DNA of 64,000 nt from Camelus dromedarius (GCF_036321535.1 NC_087436.1:73224001-73288000), one strand, 5' to 3'. Positions 38,455 to 52,564 are shown, numbered from the stretch's first letter. Program-made: numbers and translations. Notes: generated by a model from the sequence alone, not told the origin.

Positions 38455-39305
38455 TGTGATATTATAATAAGAAATATATATGTGTGTGATCTTCGTCCCT
38501 GATTCTTGACACAGAGCTCCTAAGACCTTTGTCATTTCCTGAGGGATAAGAGGAGTGTCTGTTGTTATTTACAATAAGTTCCTTCCAACCAGGCTTGAGT
38601 TTATGTTAATGAGGTGATTTTTGGTGGACCCCTGCGTAGCTTCAGGATGGGGGCTGGTTGCCAGAGGAACCAACCATGGGGTTAGAGGGTTGGGACTTTA
38701 AACCCAACTCCCCAACCTAGAGGGAGAGGTGAGGGGCTGGAGATGGAGTCATTCACCGGTGGCCAGTGATTTAATTATTCCTGCCTACATAATGAAACCT
38801 CCAGAAATCCCCTAACAACAGGGTTCAGAGAGCTTTCAATTTGGTGAACACGTCCATGTGCCAGGAAGGTATTCCATCCCAAACTCCACAGGGACAGAGG
38901 CTCCTGTCCCAGCAGCCTTCTGGACCTCTCTCTGTGGACCTCATCTGGCTACTCATCTGTGTCTATATAGTATCCTTTCTAGTAAACCAGTAACAGTAGG
39001 TAAAGTGTCTCCCTGAGTTCTGTGAGCCATTACAGCAAATTATCAAATGTGAGGAGATGATCATGGAAACACCCAATTTTTAGCCAAGTTGGACGGAAGT
39101 CTGGGTTGCCTGGGGACCCACTACTTGTGATAGGAGTCTGAAGTGGGGAGCAGTCTTGTGCAACTGAGCCCTTAACCTCTGGGGTCTTGCTAACTCCAGG
39201 TAGTTAGTGTCAGAATTAAATTTTTGGATACCCAGTTGGTGTCCACAGAGAATTGGAGCATTGCGTGGTGTGGAAAACTCATACATTTGGTATCAGAAGT
39301 TTTGT
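38455..39305 (+). mobile_element. MER21-family (ERVL) solo LTR
   Basis: 'tgtgatattataataagaaatatata...gacacagagctcctaagacc', 'ggggctggttgccagaggaaccaaccatg', 'ctaactccaggtagttagtgtcagaatt'. Confidence 0.85.
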
Positions 39306-40259
39306 GAAAATATGTAGACAATATAAAAAATATGTCTATAATAAGAGCTCTGATGTCTTTGAACCTTTTTGATTCCTAATGATCAAGTTCCAGAAAGCCT
39401 CTCATTTTACAGAGAGTAGATGAAGTTGGGAAGAGCAGACATAACACAGCTACTTACATGCTCCTCAGGTGTCTTTAGGATTCCTTTTGCACTTGAATTA
39501 TAGATCAAAACCAAACCCTTTAGCTTTACTGCTTTCTACTGAGAATCCTTCAATTAAAGAGTGGGAAATATTTCAGGGGAGACATCATGAAAGAATGACA
39601 CGCTGCTATTATTTCTAATCAGCCCACTAAGGCAGACCTCTTTTCAATCTAAGTAGTCTTTTTCAAACAACTACCAAATCATTCAAGGCTGTGTGATTTA
39701 TTGTGGTGGTTCCCCACTAGCAGTCAGCCTTTTCACAAGTAGCCTAGGAGGGAAACAGGAGTTTCACAACAATTCCTAAGAATTCACTCGTCTTCCATCT
39801 TATTTTCTTCCTGTAGGGCTGGTGTGCTGGACCCAACCAAATCCTGCCTACCCCAGATTGTTCAGCACTGGCCTGCACGTTGCACACCGTGCTCAGGGCA
39901 GTTAGACAGAATTCTGCAAAGAAGGCTACTTGCCTAGTTTTGCCCCATCTAAGGATCAGTGATGATGAAGTAGGAACTCCTCCGTCCAGGTACTTTCCTG
40001 GGAAAAGGGCCAATTATTTTTAATCCCTTTCTGAAAGCCCCTATCCTTGGAAAATTATTATTTTAAACTTTATAGTAGGATATTTATAAAGAAAAGTAAA
40101 TACGAATTAGCAAAAATTTCAATTTTAAAAAGAAGTCTATGTTCAAAACTACAGGGTAACTGAGAAGCCCCCTTAAGGATCTTCTCTGGGGTCCAGCCAA
40201 TAAAGTGTGTGGTTCACCACAGGTAGGCCTCCCTTCCCTCCTGCCAGTTAGCCCCGTGA

Positions 40260-40410
40260 TAGGACACCACCGAACTTCATATAACCATCTTTTCTCGTTA
40301 TTTATGACATGATCTCATTTGATTTTCTTTCCCAATATGGGTTGTAGGAAGAATTTTTATGTCTGTTTCACAAATAAGGAACTGAGGCTCAAAAGACATT
40401 GGACCAAGAA
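40260..40410 (-). mobile_element. MIR fragment
   Basis: 'atctcatttgatt...ttcacaaataaggaactgaggctcaaaaga'. Confidence 0.6.
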
Positions 40411-42319
40411 CAAAGAGATTTGCCACTTACCTTCCATGGAAATTGACTCATTCTCTTTGTAATTTGACTTTATACTATCTTTTTCTGTGAAGGCTTCCCT
40501 TTGCTCTCTTTCAGTCAGTATTCACAGAGACTCCTCAAAGCTCGATTTGTTTTTACCCCCTTTCCTTGCTCTGTAAATCAGACCTCTAACTGCCCGGTAC
40601 CTCACAGGGACCATCAGGGCCATCCCAGACCCTGCCTTGGTGACCTCAAGGCTCCTGAATCCTCAGCATCTTACTTGGGTCCTTTTTATGTGTCTCCATC
40701 TAAACTCAGCTCCTTGAGCCCACAACATCCTAACACCCCTGCAACATCCTACTATCTTTATCTTTCCTCACTCCAACATAGTGATCCACCTGAAGCCTTT
40801 AACCTCAGCCCCAGAATGTGATCCCAGAAACCTCAGGATGCCTGTAAGAAGAGAGAGGATTATTTGTAGAGAGATCCACTGTGTTATGGAACTCCTGGAG
40901 TGTGGACCCCATTCTCCTCCAAACCCCCTCTCTTTCCACCAACAGCCCATTTCCCACATACTGCCACCTGCTTGAGTCTTTGGAGCAACAGTCGCAACAG
41001 CTCAAAATTAGTTAGGATCTGCCTGAAATCTAGGTTGATTATTTGACCACCAGTGGTCCTTTCTACCTCCTAGATCTCATCATAAACTGATACTCTGCAG
41101 TGAGAGACAAGCCAGATGACCTCTGAATCCTATTCCATTAGCAACCAGTTTAAATTCATTTCCTACTGTGAAAGCTGGAAAAGGGAAAGAACACAGGCTA
41201 AGAATGAGACTTGCCAAGAATTAATGTTTGCAGATTTAATGCTATTTTTGTCACAGAATTAGCATATATTCTGTCTTGTCCAAATTGCTTTCTCTTTCCC
41301 CTCTCTGTCCTCTTTCAGAACTCCCAGCATTGGCTAGAATGTAGGACAGAATTTCCCACAACACACAGACAGCACCCATCTGTCTCTAATTTCACAAAAT
41401 GACAAGCTGGAATGGCCCTGAGAGCCAAAAGTTCTATTTCATTCTTCTCTCTGATATACTAGTTAGGTCAGTGGATTTTCTTTTCCTTCAGTATAAATCA
41501 GGCATTTAAGGCAGACTTGAGAAAGGAGAGAGTAGACCCTGAATATCTCATTGTGATGCTGCTGATGAGAATTTATAAGAAGCTGGACTCCTCAGATCAG
41601 TCAAATTGCAATCAGCTCAGGAAAAAGTTTAGCATGTTTTCGGCATTGTGGAAATAACTGCTTTTCTCCTGCGAATTATGAATGGAAAGACCCCATTTAA
41701 AACCTACAGCATCCCTCTAAACTGGACCAGGTGTGTTAAATGTGTCACACACACCCCCCACTGCTGCATCTTAGTCTGTGATATCAGTCAATGCCCTTGC
41801 GTCTCAGGACACAGACTTTGGAATGGAAGCAGTTATCTCTAAAACAAGATGATTTCCAGATTCTCTTGTTTTGAGTTCCCTAAAACCTAATGACGTGGTT
41901 TCTTGTGCATCAATACACCACGAGTGAGGACCAGACAGCATTTTCAAATGCTTCACATTGGACTGGATTATTCCTTTGAGGAGAAGACTTCCAACAAAAG
42001 AGGTGAGATAAAACTCAGGGAATGGGTACACAGAATGAGTCACTTCCCTGAGAAGAAGTACAATGTCCCAAAATAGTGCAGTCCAGAAGGTATTTAATTT
42101 GAAAGCAGAAATCCTGAGCCTTAATCATGGGCTGTACTTGAAGTGGGCTGAGCCTTAGCTTCACCCACCTGCAAAACTGGGAGGGGCCGGCAGAGCGTTC
42201 CTTAGAGACAGCAGCATCACAGGTGCTGGAGGAACTCGATTAAGATGCAGCGCTTGATGAAGAAGCACCCAATTAAAAGTTAAGGGAAGCTTCACTTGAC
42301 TTTAGGTGGACAACTCTAA

Positions 42320-42800
42320 ATTTGGGCTTCCCTGGGGGCACCCTTGACATGGGCACTGAAGCACAGGTGGCTTATTTGATACGTGAGCCCAGGAAGCAAG
42401 AGAGAGGGATTAATGAGACTCAGAAAAGGCAGGGAGGCCAATGCAAAGGTTCATTATCAAGGTCACTGCTATGAGCAACTGGGGCTGAATTCCACCAGAA
42501 TCCCTGAAAAGAGTTCAGAATCCCTCCCAGAAGCGCCCACCTGAAAGATGGCACAACACTTTTATCCATCATTCTGGTCACCATTGACTGGAAATTGGCC
42601 CCAGGAGCACTTACTCTAGCAAGCTCCTGCTGCATCTGCAGAAGGGCCTGGGTGGGATGAGGAGAGACCCAAGTTGAGAGCTCGAGGCAGTATTCCAGCA
42701 GCCCGCAGTGGTGTGCACTCTGTGGAGCCGGCATCCACACCGAGGCTAAAAGCAGTGGGGTCTGAGGGGCTTCGATGGGGGCACCAGAGTGCTTCCTACA
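42320..42800 (-). mobile_element. Old ERVL LTR (LTR33/LTR16-like)
   Basis: 'cccaggaagcaagagagaggg...ggcagggaggccaatgcaaagg...gctatgagcaactggggctgaatt...gggcaccagagtgcttcctaca'. Confidence 0.6.
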
Positions 42801-43227
42801 CCAAACTAAGGCTCTCTCACATTGTTCCCTTCCTCAGTCCATCCACAGAAGTAGTAAACAATACCTGAACATCACTTCCCTTATTATAAACTTCAATGCC
42901 TGGATGACCTCGCCTTGAAGAACCATGCCCCCCCCCAACACATGCACGAGCTACTACGGGTTTAGAATACTCTCCCTGCCTGCTCTTGCCCACCCTGCTG
43001 TGCTGTCTCAACACAGCTTCAAAATTATGTGCTCCAGGAAGCTTTCCTGGAGCCCTGGGGGAGGTTGGTCTCCCAAGCTATGTGCACCCAAAGAACATTG
43101 TATGACTTGTTCATGCTATATCACATTCTATACATATTTTTTTTTAATATCTGTTTCTCTGATCACGTGCATGAATGCACACACACCCCCCAATCTATCA
43201 GTGCTGTGAGGTCAAGCAATCTGGTCT

Positions 43228-43505
43228 TACAGACTCAGAGTTACAGAGAACAAAACAAGTGATTACCATTAGGGAGACGGAAGAGGGGAGAGGAAATATA
43301 GAGGTAGGGGGGTAAGAGGTACAAACCATTAGGCATAAAATAAGCTACAAGGACATACTGTACAGCACGGGGAGAACAGCCAGTATTTTATAACTATCAA
43401 TGGAGTATAACCTTTAAAAAGTTTGAGTCACCATATTGTATACCTGTAACTTATAATATTGTATAGCCACTATACTTCAATTAAAAATATAATAATAAAA
43501 ATTTT
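43228..43505 (+). mobile_element. Short 5'-truncated L1 3'UTR inserted in an L2 3' end
   Basis: 'acagagaacaaaacaagtgattacc...ataagctacaaggacatactgtacagcacgggga...ctatacttcaattaaaaa'; L2 tail 'cctagcatagtgcctggcaca' resumes at ~43550. Confidence 0.85.
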
Positions 43506-44289
43506 TAAAAAGAAGCTTGCTCTTACACTAACATATAGAGAACTAAAACCTAGCATAGTGCCTGGCACAAAAGTTAATGAACACATCTTGTTAAATAAAC
43601 TAAACAGTGAAGGAAGGAACAAATGAATCTATGAGGAAGGCAAAAACATCTGTCATCACTCAAATCTGCCCGAAATTCTGCTTCGCTCAAGAGGTCCTAC
43701 TCCCTTCTCCCTGCTGTGTTGTGTTAAGAGTGATTATTCCAGAGCTTTCTCTCCAGGATGTCTTGCCTGGGCCTTTCTGGAAAGAACAAAAGGGGCCAGT
43801 CAATGGCAACAGATTTGTCCTCAGGTTTTCCATCCTCTGCATCTCTGCCATCCGTACCCCTGATGTCACTTTGTTTGATTATGTTGTGGGGAAGTACTCC
43901 CAGAGTGGTGGCACGGTTAGTTTAATCCTGGCCTTCCATTTCCTTCCTTAGCTTCTCACAACAACCTTTTCTTGTTCTAAAGGCAGAGATGATCTCTGTC
44001 ACTGCCAAACTGTCCATGTCCTCCTCGCCATCCATTCCGCTTGTCCTAGTCACTCCAAAAGGATGATAAATCTGCTCAAGATCGGAGACCAGAGGAGGCC
44101 AGTGGAAAGCCTCCGTCAACAAGCTGTGCTCTTCCCACCATAAGAAGTCAAGAAAAGCGTCCTCTGGGGTGCAGTCAGGGTGAGGTTCCTGTGACTCAAC
44201 CCTCAGATGCCCTAATAATAGCAAGAAGAGGATAGAATGCCCCAGGAATCCAAAAGTCTCCGCATAAGTGCAGGGAGGACGAGCAGTGC

Positions 44290-44630
44290 CATGTCATACC
44301 ATGGACTGGGTGGCTTATAAACAACAGAAATGTATTTCTCACAGTTCTGGAGGCTGGGAAGCCCAAGGTCAAGGCACCAGCATATTTGACATCTGATGAA
44401 AACCCACCTTCTGGTTCCTAGATGGTTGTCTTCTGGTTGGGTCCTCACACGGTGGGAGGGGCGAGTGAGTTCAGCAGGGTCTCTTTAGAAAGGCACTAAT
44501 CCTGCCTGTGAGAGCTCGGCCCTCATGCCTATTCACCTGCCAAAGGCCCCGCCTCCATGTATCATCATGCTGGTGGTTAGGTTTTAGCATATGAATTTGG
44601 GAGGAGGGGGACACAAACATTCATGTATAT
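44290..44630 (-). mobile_element. MLT1A-like solo LTR
   Basis: 'gactgggtggcttataaacaacagaaatgtatttctcacagttctggaggctgggaagcccaaggtcaaggcaccagca'. Confidence 0.9.
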
Positions 44631-45779
44631 TCATTGCTATTGTCAAAAGAATTGCTTCAGCATACTTAAAACTGAACTGATTCAAATTATAAGCTTATAG
44701 TCATTTTTCCACATGCTTTGTGTATCTTGTGTCAGAAAGTATTTCTTAAAGCTTGCAGAATCATGTCGGCATTCAGTAATGTATATTAAAAGATGCCATG
44801 TAGGTCTGAGTTAGCCCTGTGAATAAATCCCTCCTAATAAAAGAAAACGAGCTTTTATGATTAAGGGGTTTGGAAATAATCAAGAGAGGGTTAAAAATAA
44901 AACTAGCGGAGGCAGAGCAGACCAAAGAATAGCTACCGGCAAACCTTCCAAAATGATGTCCCAGATTATGACTTCACAAGAAAGAATAAAATAATTGCTT
45001 GCCAAGCCATATAAAAAGGATGGATTCTGGGAAAACTTAGAAACTAAACATGGATAGGCCTATAGAATCTAGCTTCTCTCAATAACCTAGAACATTCCCA
45101 GAACCCACTTTTCCTGGCCTCTCTGAGTGTTCCCAAATCTGATTTTCCATCATCCTGATGACATATTAGCATCAGTGGTCCGGTCTTCATTATCCAATTC
45201 AGACCTGCTAAGTTTAATAATTAAAATATATATATATTGCCCTAAGGAAACAGAAAATGAACTCTTTTGGCTTGCAAATACTCTGTGAAGTCTCTGCTCA
45301 GGACCTAGGCAATTTAAACCTCAGCCCGTTTGTTTGATTTTTTGTTTTTTGTTTTTTGGTTTTTTTCATGCTTGTCTCATCACAGCAGTCAAAGCATGTC
45401 CCAACCCTTTTAAGCCAGATTTCAAAACTAATGAGTTAGAAACAAAATGTTCCTTCCAACATAGAATGCTAGCAGTTTTGTCTTCATTTTCAGAAGGCTT
45501 AAAAAATGAACATCCCTTTCAAAGTCAGGGAACAAACTTCTCCACTCATCCCTGTAGTCAGCCCACTCCCACACAACCTACAAGGTTGAGCCCAGGCCCT
45601 GCTGCCCCCAGAAGTCTGCCATTGCTCCAGCCCGCAGTGGTCATCCTGAACACCCTTAGTTGAGCCCATGTGGCTTTGTTTTTTTACGTCCTCTAACTGT
45701 ATAAGGTAAAAGAGGAACGAAGTGGGAGGCAGTGGGAGAGTCAGGAGAGAAGAGACACTGTAAATCATGCCAAGGGCTA

Positions 45780-45980
45780 TATTTTGCATATTTCCTGGGA
45801 CATCTCATTTAATCCTCACCACAACCTTTAAGTAAAAATTTTTCTTCACCTTGTTTTCAGATGAGAAAACTGGGGTTCATGGGAGGCTAAGAAACTTGCC
45901 CACAGCTCAGAGCCAGGAAAACAGAAAGTCAAGACTTGAACAGGTCTCTGACTACACAACACACGTTCTCTCCTCCATGT
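45780..45980 (-). mobile_element. MIR SINE
   Basis: 'atctcatttaatcctcaccacaacc...ttttcagatgagaaaactgggg...aacttgcccacag'. Confidence 0.85.
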
Positions 45981-46389
45981 TACAGAATCGGTTTTATCTC
46001 CTCCAAACACAGGTCATACACGGAACAAGACAAGGAAGATGAAGGATGTGAAAACCATGGCATGTTTCAAGAATAAACATATCAGGGATCTATTAGGTGT
46101 GAAGCAGAGTGTTTAGAGCTTTGGAGAAGGAAAGGGGGAGCGTACATTATGGTAGGAAAAAGAGCTATGTATAACCGCTTTGGGCATGAGGTGGAGATGC
46201 TCCTGACAAGGTAAATGCAACGTGGAGCTATGATATCCAGAACAAAGGTGATAATTAAGCCTCTGCAGACTTGCTATTGATCAAACCACATCTGTAGTGT
46301 TTGCTGCAGTTTTAGTCACAGGGGACGTGTGCTATGTAATCCACACAAAGAGCATGAGGATATTCAGTCAGAAAAAGAGAACCCTTTAA

Positions 46390-46730
46390 AGAATCGGGGT
46401 TAAATCTTCAAATACCTAAAGGGCTATCTTTTGTGAATAAGATAACTTGGAAATTTTCTGTGCATCGCTAGAAAAAAAAGCCAAAACTAAAGAAGCAATG
46501 CTACAGGAAAGCTCATTTATGCTTTCGTTATGGAAGAACTTTGACAGCTCACACCACCCAGAAATGGGACAAACTACATCTGGGCATTGGTAATTCCCAT
46601 TGTTGATAGGTTCATACAGCCTGGAAGACCACTGGTCAAATTTATGGTAGACGAGATTCGTGTAAGGGGAATCAAGAGTGGGCTAAAGCCTTCCGAGATC
46701 CCGTTCACTTCTGGTTCTACGGTTCAAGCA
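46390..46730 (+). mobile_element. L3/CR1 LINE 3' end
   Basis: 'tcttcaaatacctaaagggct', 'ctacaggaaagctcattt', 'ggaagaacttt', ending 'gatcccgttcacttctggttctacggttc'. Confidence 0.6.
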
Positions 46731-46764
46731 GAATTTATAGTTTTCTCTCACTGTAAGGAAATCC

Positions 46765-47240
46765 ATATTGGTTTCCCATTTGCCATCACAAATTACCACA
46801 AACTTAGTGGCTTAAAACAATACAAATTTATTATCTTAGCATTCTGTAGATTAGAAGTCTTACATGGGTCTCACTGGGCTAAAATCAAGGTCTCAGCAGG
46901 ACTGTCTTCCTTTCTGTGGGCTCTAGGGGAGAATCCATTTCCTTGCCTTTTCCAGCTTCTTGACTTAGGCCCCCCTTCCTCCATCTTCAAAGTCACAATG
47001 GCAGGCCCAGCCTCTCTCATATCACATCACTCCAACCTCCTCATCTGCCTCCCTTCCATCTTTAAGGACCCTTGTGATCAGGTTGTGCCCACCCAGATAA
47101 TCCAGGTTAGTCTCTCTATGACAGAGTCAACTGATTAGCAATCTTAATTCCATTTGTAACTTTAATTCCCCTTTGCCACATAACATAACATATTCCGAAG
47201 TCCCAGGGAGTAGGGAGACGGGGCATTATTCTGACCCTCC
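46765..47240 (-). mobile_element. MLT1C/D-like solo LTR
   Basis: 'aattaccacaaacttagtggcttaaaacaatacaaatttattatc...gggtctcactgggctaaaatcaaggtctcagcagg...ctaggggagaatccatttccttgccttttccagcttct'. Confidence 0.9.
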
Positions 47241-48149
47241 TGGGGGGGTTCTGAGAAATGCCACCAGTACACCCCACCAGTTCAAGCTGGCATGTGACTC
47301 TTTGCCTTTTCTAAAGATCACAGAGGAGAGGGTATGGATTTGGCAAGAGTATACCAGGCTTCCCAGGGTTACTTGAGACTCAGTCTCTACCTAACCCAAA
47401 CCAACCAAGCAAAATGGCAGAAAATATTCTTCTGCTGGGTAGATTTTACCTCTTGATATGGGTTACCAACTGACCCAAGTAAATAATAACCTCCAAACGC
47501 TACTTGGGACCTAAGGCTTAGGTAACCAAGCAAAGAAATCATCTAACTTTTTTTTTAATGAAAAGGTAGCTCTACTCTCTTTCCTTTTGTCACCACCACG
47601 TATTAGAAACTAGATGTTACTTCCATGCACCTTCCCTCCTCCCCATAGCAGACACTACTCCTCTGTCACCCTTCCCCACAGCCTGTACCAAGCTTCAGAA
47701 TCCTTCTCCAGCCTGTGCCCCAGGCAGGCACTAGCAACGATCAGAGTTGGCACATGAGGAAAAACCTATCTGCCATCTCCTCAGAAAGGACCCTCTGTTC
47801 TGCAGGCTGGGGTTTAGGGCTGTTGTTATTATTGCTTTAATAATGACTGTGTACAAGGCAATGAACTAGAGATCTTGTGTTCAGAAACAAAATGTACAAT
47901 TCATAATCTCACTGGCTACAGAATACAATATAATAGCACTTACTGCTATTTTGTTTCTTATGAATAGAATTCCTGATCTCACATCACACTTGTCTGTACT
48001 TACCTGGAGTTTTTATCATCACAGCTGCCCTAGGATCTCCCTCATTTGAATCACAATGGAATTCCTGAATTCTTTCTTTTTCATAGGCATTTTTACTGTG
48101 GAGTGTTTTTCTAAGAGCTCTTTTGGGCACCATAAATGATCTCTCAATC

Positions 48150-48760
48150 AGGATTTGTTCCATTGTAGTTGATAGAAAACTCAGCACTGGCTGAAGCAAA
48201 ATAAATAAATAAATAAAAGGAGGAGGAGTGTGGAATTTATTGGTTAACATCCTGAAAAAATCCAGGGGTAAATCTGGCTTTGGCCCTTTCCAGAGCATCA
48301 GATGATGCTCTTGGACCATCTCATCCTCATCACCATTTCCCCTCTGTCTCACTGGTTGATTTTATTCTCCTGCACGCTCTTGCCTTGCAAGGACAAGGTG
48401 GCTCCCAGCAGCTCCGTGCTTACCTCTCATCTTCCCAGAAACCCCAACAGGAAAGAACATGCTTCTTCTCTATATCTCCCTCCAAAGGTACTGGGCTGAA
48501 TTTAATTCTAGTGGCTTTTTATTGACCTAGCTCAGGTCATATGCTCACCTGTGAACCAATGACTGTGGTAAGAGAAAGGCAAACCTCTGATTAGCCAGCC
48601 CTCAGGACCTGCCAACTCCTAGAGCAGAAATTGCATTCACTGCCATTTGAACCACGTGAAATAAAAGGAAGGGAGAAATGGATTCCTCAGGGAAAACTGG
48701 GATTCTGCTACCAGGTGGGAAAATAGATGCTGGGTAGGCAGGAAATGTCAGGCAATTGCT
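48150..48760 (-). mobile_element. Old MaLR LTR (MLT1J/K-like)
   Basis: 'ggaatttattggttaacatcctgaaaaaatccaggggta', 'tcaggtcatatgctcacctgtgaaccaatgactgtgg', 'gatgctgggtaggc'. Confidence 0.75.
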
Positions 48761-49089
48761 ATTCTTGTGTGACACTCAAGTCAGATTATTAACTGCTTTC
48801 TGGTTCAGTATTAACTGAGAGCAGGACAAGAAAAAGAATCTCATCATTGGAATAGGGGTAGGTATTGAGGAGAGTGTTCAAATCTTTGACTACAGTCCAA
48901 GAAAGTGTGACTTAGATGAGACACCACAGTACAGGGGCCACGGGCAATTTGCATGACATTTTAGGATGAAAGTCCAGAAGATGTTCAACAGCCACTGAAA
49001 GGGGAACACTCACTAAATTAACAAACCTTGTTCACTTGGCCTAACCCTGAAATAACTTCTAACTTAAGAAAATAAAATAAGAAGACAAA

Positions 49090-49245
49090 AGGATCTTGGG
49101 ATGAGGCAACCTGGCTTTGTGCCTCACCACTTACCAGTGGTGTGGTCTTAAGTCTGTCACTTCACCTCTGAAAGCCTCAGTTCCACCTTCTGTAAAATGG
49201 GATCAGTAAGTCCTACCTCACAGAGAACTAAACGCAATCATATGT
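49090..49245 (+). mobile_element. MIR SINE
   Basis: 'cacttcacctctgaaagcctcagttccaccttctgtaaaatgggatcagtaagtcctacctcacag'. Confidence 0.8.
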
Positions 49246-49249
49246 GTAG

Positions 49250-49755
49250 GAGTCATTTCTTAAGAGACCACAACAAACCCTCCCAACCTCAAGGCTGCTG
49301 CAATGAGACTACTGCTCCTCTCTTTTATTTACCATCCCTTTGAATCGGGGCTGGCCCTGGGAATTGCTTTGTCCAACAGAATGAGACAGAGTGATGTGCT
49401 TTGTCCAAGCTTAGCCTACAAGTGGCCTTGTAGCATCCATATTTGCACTTCTGTAAAACTCTCTCTTGGAAGCCAGCCTCCAGGCTGTAAAAAAGTTCAT
49501 GCTAGACTACAGAATAAGAAGAAGCCACTTAGAGAAAGACTTTGGAGAGTGGGATGCCATCCTGAATGTTCTAAGCCCAGCTGAGCTCCCAGTTGAATGC
49601 AGCTGCTCAAATGCCCTCAGTTGTACCACATAGAATGGAACAGCCCAGTTGAGAGCAATCAACCCACAGAACCGTGAAAAATAATAAAGCACCATTGTTT
49701 TAATCCACTAAGTTTCAAGGTAATTTGTAACACAGAATTGGTAACCGAGACAAGG
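49250..49755 (+). mobile_element. MaLR LTR (MLT1F/G-like)
   Basis: 'cccttt gaatcggggctggccctgggaattgctttgtccaacagaatg', 'ttgttttaatccactaagtttcaaggtaatttgtaacacag'. Confidence 0.75.
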
Positions 49756-52564
49756 TGTAGACCGTGTTTCTGTCGTTCTTGCTGTCTTCTCGAGAAGGAA
49801 TGTAATGTGTACTTCAGACAGAACAATTCCTCATTTGTGGGACTGCCTCGTGTTTTGCAGGACATTCATCATCACTGGCCCTTACCTGCTAAGTCTCAGT
49901 AGTGCTCTCCAGTCACCGAGAAAAATCAAAGGCATCATCCCCCAGGCCCAAGCATCCCCTGCTCTGAATCAGATCCAAGAGGAGCACTGACTGCTGGCAG
50001 AATGAGGACTTAGGGGTTAGCCCTACTAGTCATAAGGCAGGAGCTGTATTCTTCCTGTGTGTCCTGATTCTCATTATGAGTTGAAACACCTTCCCTGGAA
50101 TGTCATGCTGCCTTCAAAGAAACAGGCTGCATTAGGCCATAGCAAAAGTGAGTTTACAATGCCTGTAAAATTATATGATACTGTTTGATGTAAATACTGC
50201 AACCCAATGTGATAAACTTGCACACTTTGGCCTTGAAGGGGCTCCAAAGAAAACTATCATCTACCACCACATGCAGTTAATGTACAAATCATCAACATTC
50301 TTTCTCTCATTTGTCCCATTTATGTAGTGCTTTGGGGACCCGGAGAAAATAAGTAAATGAACATTATTCTTGGACGCATTATCATCCTTCTCTTTTTCTC
50401 TTGATAGATCTTTGTAATGGAAACTCCAAATCTGACAGACTGACAACACAAGGCAGGGCATTGTGGAGACGAAACTTCTCTAAGATAGATATCACTTTCC
50501 AGGAGGCAGGAGACTTCAGAAGTGACCTCCTAAGAGAGAGTTGCCATTAACTATGAATATCTGTTCTTTGTAAACACCAGGCTGGACCAAAACTTTATCT
50601 GTTGATTTCACCACAATTGGATTTCAGAGCTTAAATTTTTATTTCCCGGAGAGTTCCAAATTTTCAGAGCCAGCTTCAAGGGCAAGGTTTCATTCAGTCT
50701 GAAGCATCATTACTCCTGTCTTAATGAGATATAAAATATTCCTTCTATCCCATTTTTTTACTCATACCAATTCCCCCTTTCATGTTCCCAACAGTTTATA
50801 GACTTGTGTTCCTGCTAAGCTATTAGTTGAAATGAGAATGGTCATTCATTTGAGCGTATCTCTGTCAATTTAGCTCTGAGCAAAAGGTGCTAGTGTACTG
50901 GACTGGCTCACACCATCCAAAGAAGACACTGGATGCCAAGATAGAATTTGGAATTAAGCTTCCTAAAATAGCAAAACTATACTTTAAGTTTACTTACTCA
51001 AGACTATACAAGTCCCCAGTGAGCTTAGGGAAATTACTTGAGAAAGAAATAATTAAATTATTAGAAAAATATAAGATATTATATAAGACTATAATAACAT
51101 CTTTGTTCTTTGTATAGCTATCTGTACGTGGTACTATATGTACAGACTGGACAAATAGAAGAAGCAAAATGTAGGAGTTCTCAGCTTTGAAAATCAATTG
51201 CTAAATTAAGGAAAAAGAGAAAGAGGGGGAGAGAGGGTGAGACAGAGAAGAAAACCTAAATACCTGATCTGCTAAAATTTAAATTTAAAATCTATTCCTC
51301 AGAAAAATGTATAATGTCAGCATTTAAGAAGGTAACAATATGCTACTTTTTATCCCGGTTTATTTTAGAAAAATCTGCTCCTTGGTAAATGAATAATGTG
51401 TTTATACTTCAAGTATATTTTTGACAGTTAACATTTCAAATCCATATAACATTTGTTTTAATAGAATTTGATATTTTACAAATAAGAAAAGAAGAACATT
51501 TTTCACTTTTCAAAAAGATTCACAACCAGGTTTCATTATGTACTAAGACCTTTCAGGAAATTCTAATGTGATTACACCTATTAAAAGTTGATGCATATAC
51601 AAATTTTCAGAATTTAACCTTTTGTGTAAATTGAGATACACCTGTCAGGCAAGGGCTATAATCATTTTCAATCCCTGAAATCTACTCTCTCAAAAGTCCT
51701 CTCCTCCTCCCTGCCCTAAATCCTCTGTTGTTAATCTTCAATGAGCTCTCCCAGAAGTCTCCTATATCAAAACCATAACTCTTTTTCCTAGTGCCAACTA
51801 AAGAAATACCAAAGGACAGACACTACTTAATTAGGTAATATGATGCGTTCAGCCAATCCAGAGAACTAAACATTTCAAATTTCAAAATAACTGAAAGGAC
51901 CAGAAATATCTGACAGCCCATATTTACTTGTTGAGACTTCAGATAAAGTACATGCAGTGATCTTTCTTTAAAAAAAAATTGAACTCTTCTGTCCACTGTG
52001 GAAAAGAGTATCAGAGCAGTTATTTAGCATGGATGGACAAAATATAGATTTATTAGCCAATCAAAAGGAGAGAAAGAGGTCAACTTACATTAATTGATCA
52101 AAGTCCTTAGCTCTGCCCATGTTTCTGCAGCTATAAGCGGTGGAGACAGATAGAGGTCCAAGTCTATCCTAATCTGAAGTCAAGCTCTCTCAGCACTGCC
52201 ACACTGCCTTCTGATTTTCTTCTATGAGTTTCCTTCTGAATCAAGAATATGATAAGTAAATGTGCTTTACAGCTGAATCCTGGTGGGATTGTTGTTCTGA
52301 TGTTTTGTTTGGAGGGTTGTGCTAATGATCTTAGCTTCCACCAAGCTCATTTCTGCTTTTCTTGACCATAAAATGTGCTGTATTTTAATTAAAATACAAA
52401 GAAAGGGGGAAAGGAAAGCTCATCAGAGAAGCTGAAAGAAATGTAAGCAAATAGGAAGAAAGAAGCAAAGGACAGAGTGAAACTTGATGCAGAAGAGCTA
52501 AACCATGAATGACGGAAAGGAGAGATAAAATGGAAAGATCTAAGAAGATGCAAGTATAAGATTT

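Noticed and set aside
46587..47138. Longest ORF (183 aa)
   Set aside because: Non-ATG start; spans an L3/CR1 tail and an antisense MLT1 LTR, so it is a chance ORF
50380..50550. Strong plus-strand acceptor followed by a 47-codon frame
   Set aside because: No recognisable product, donor or linked exons
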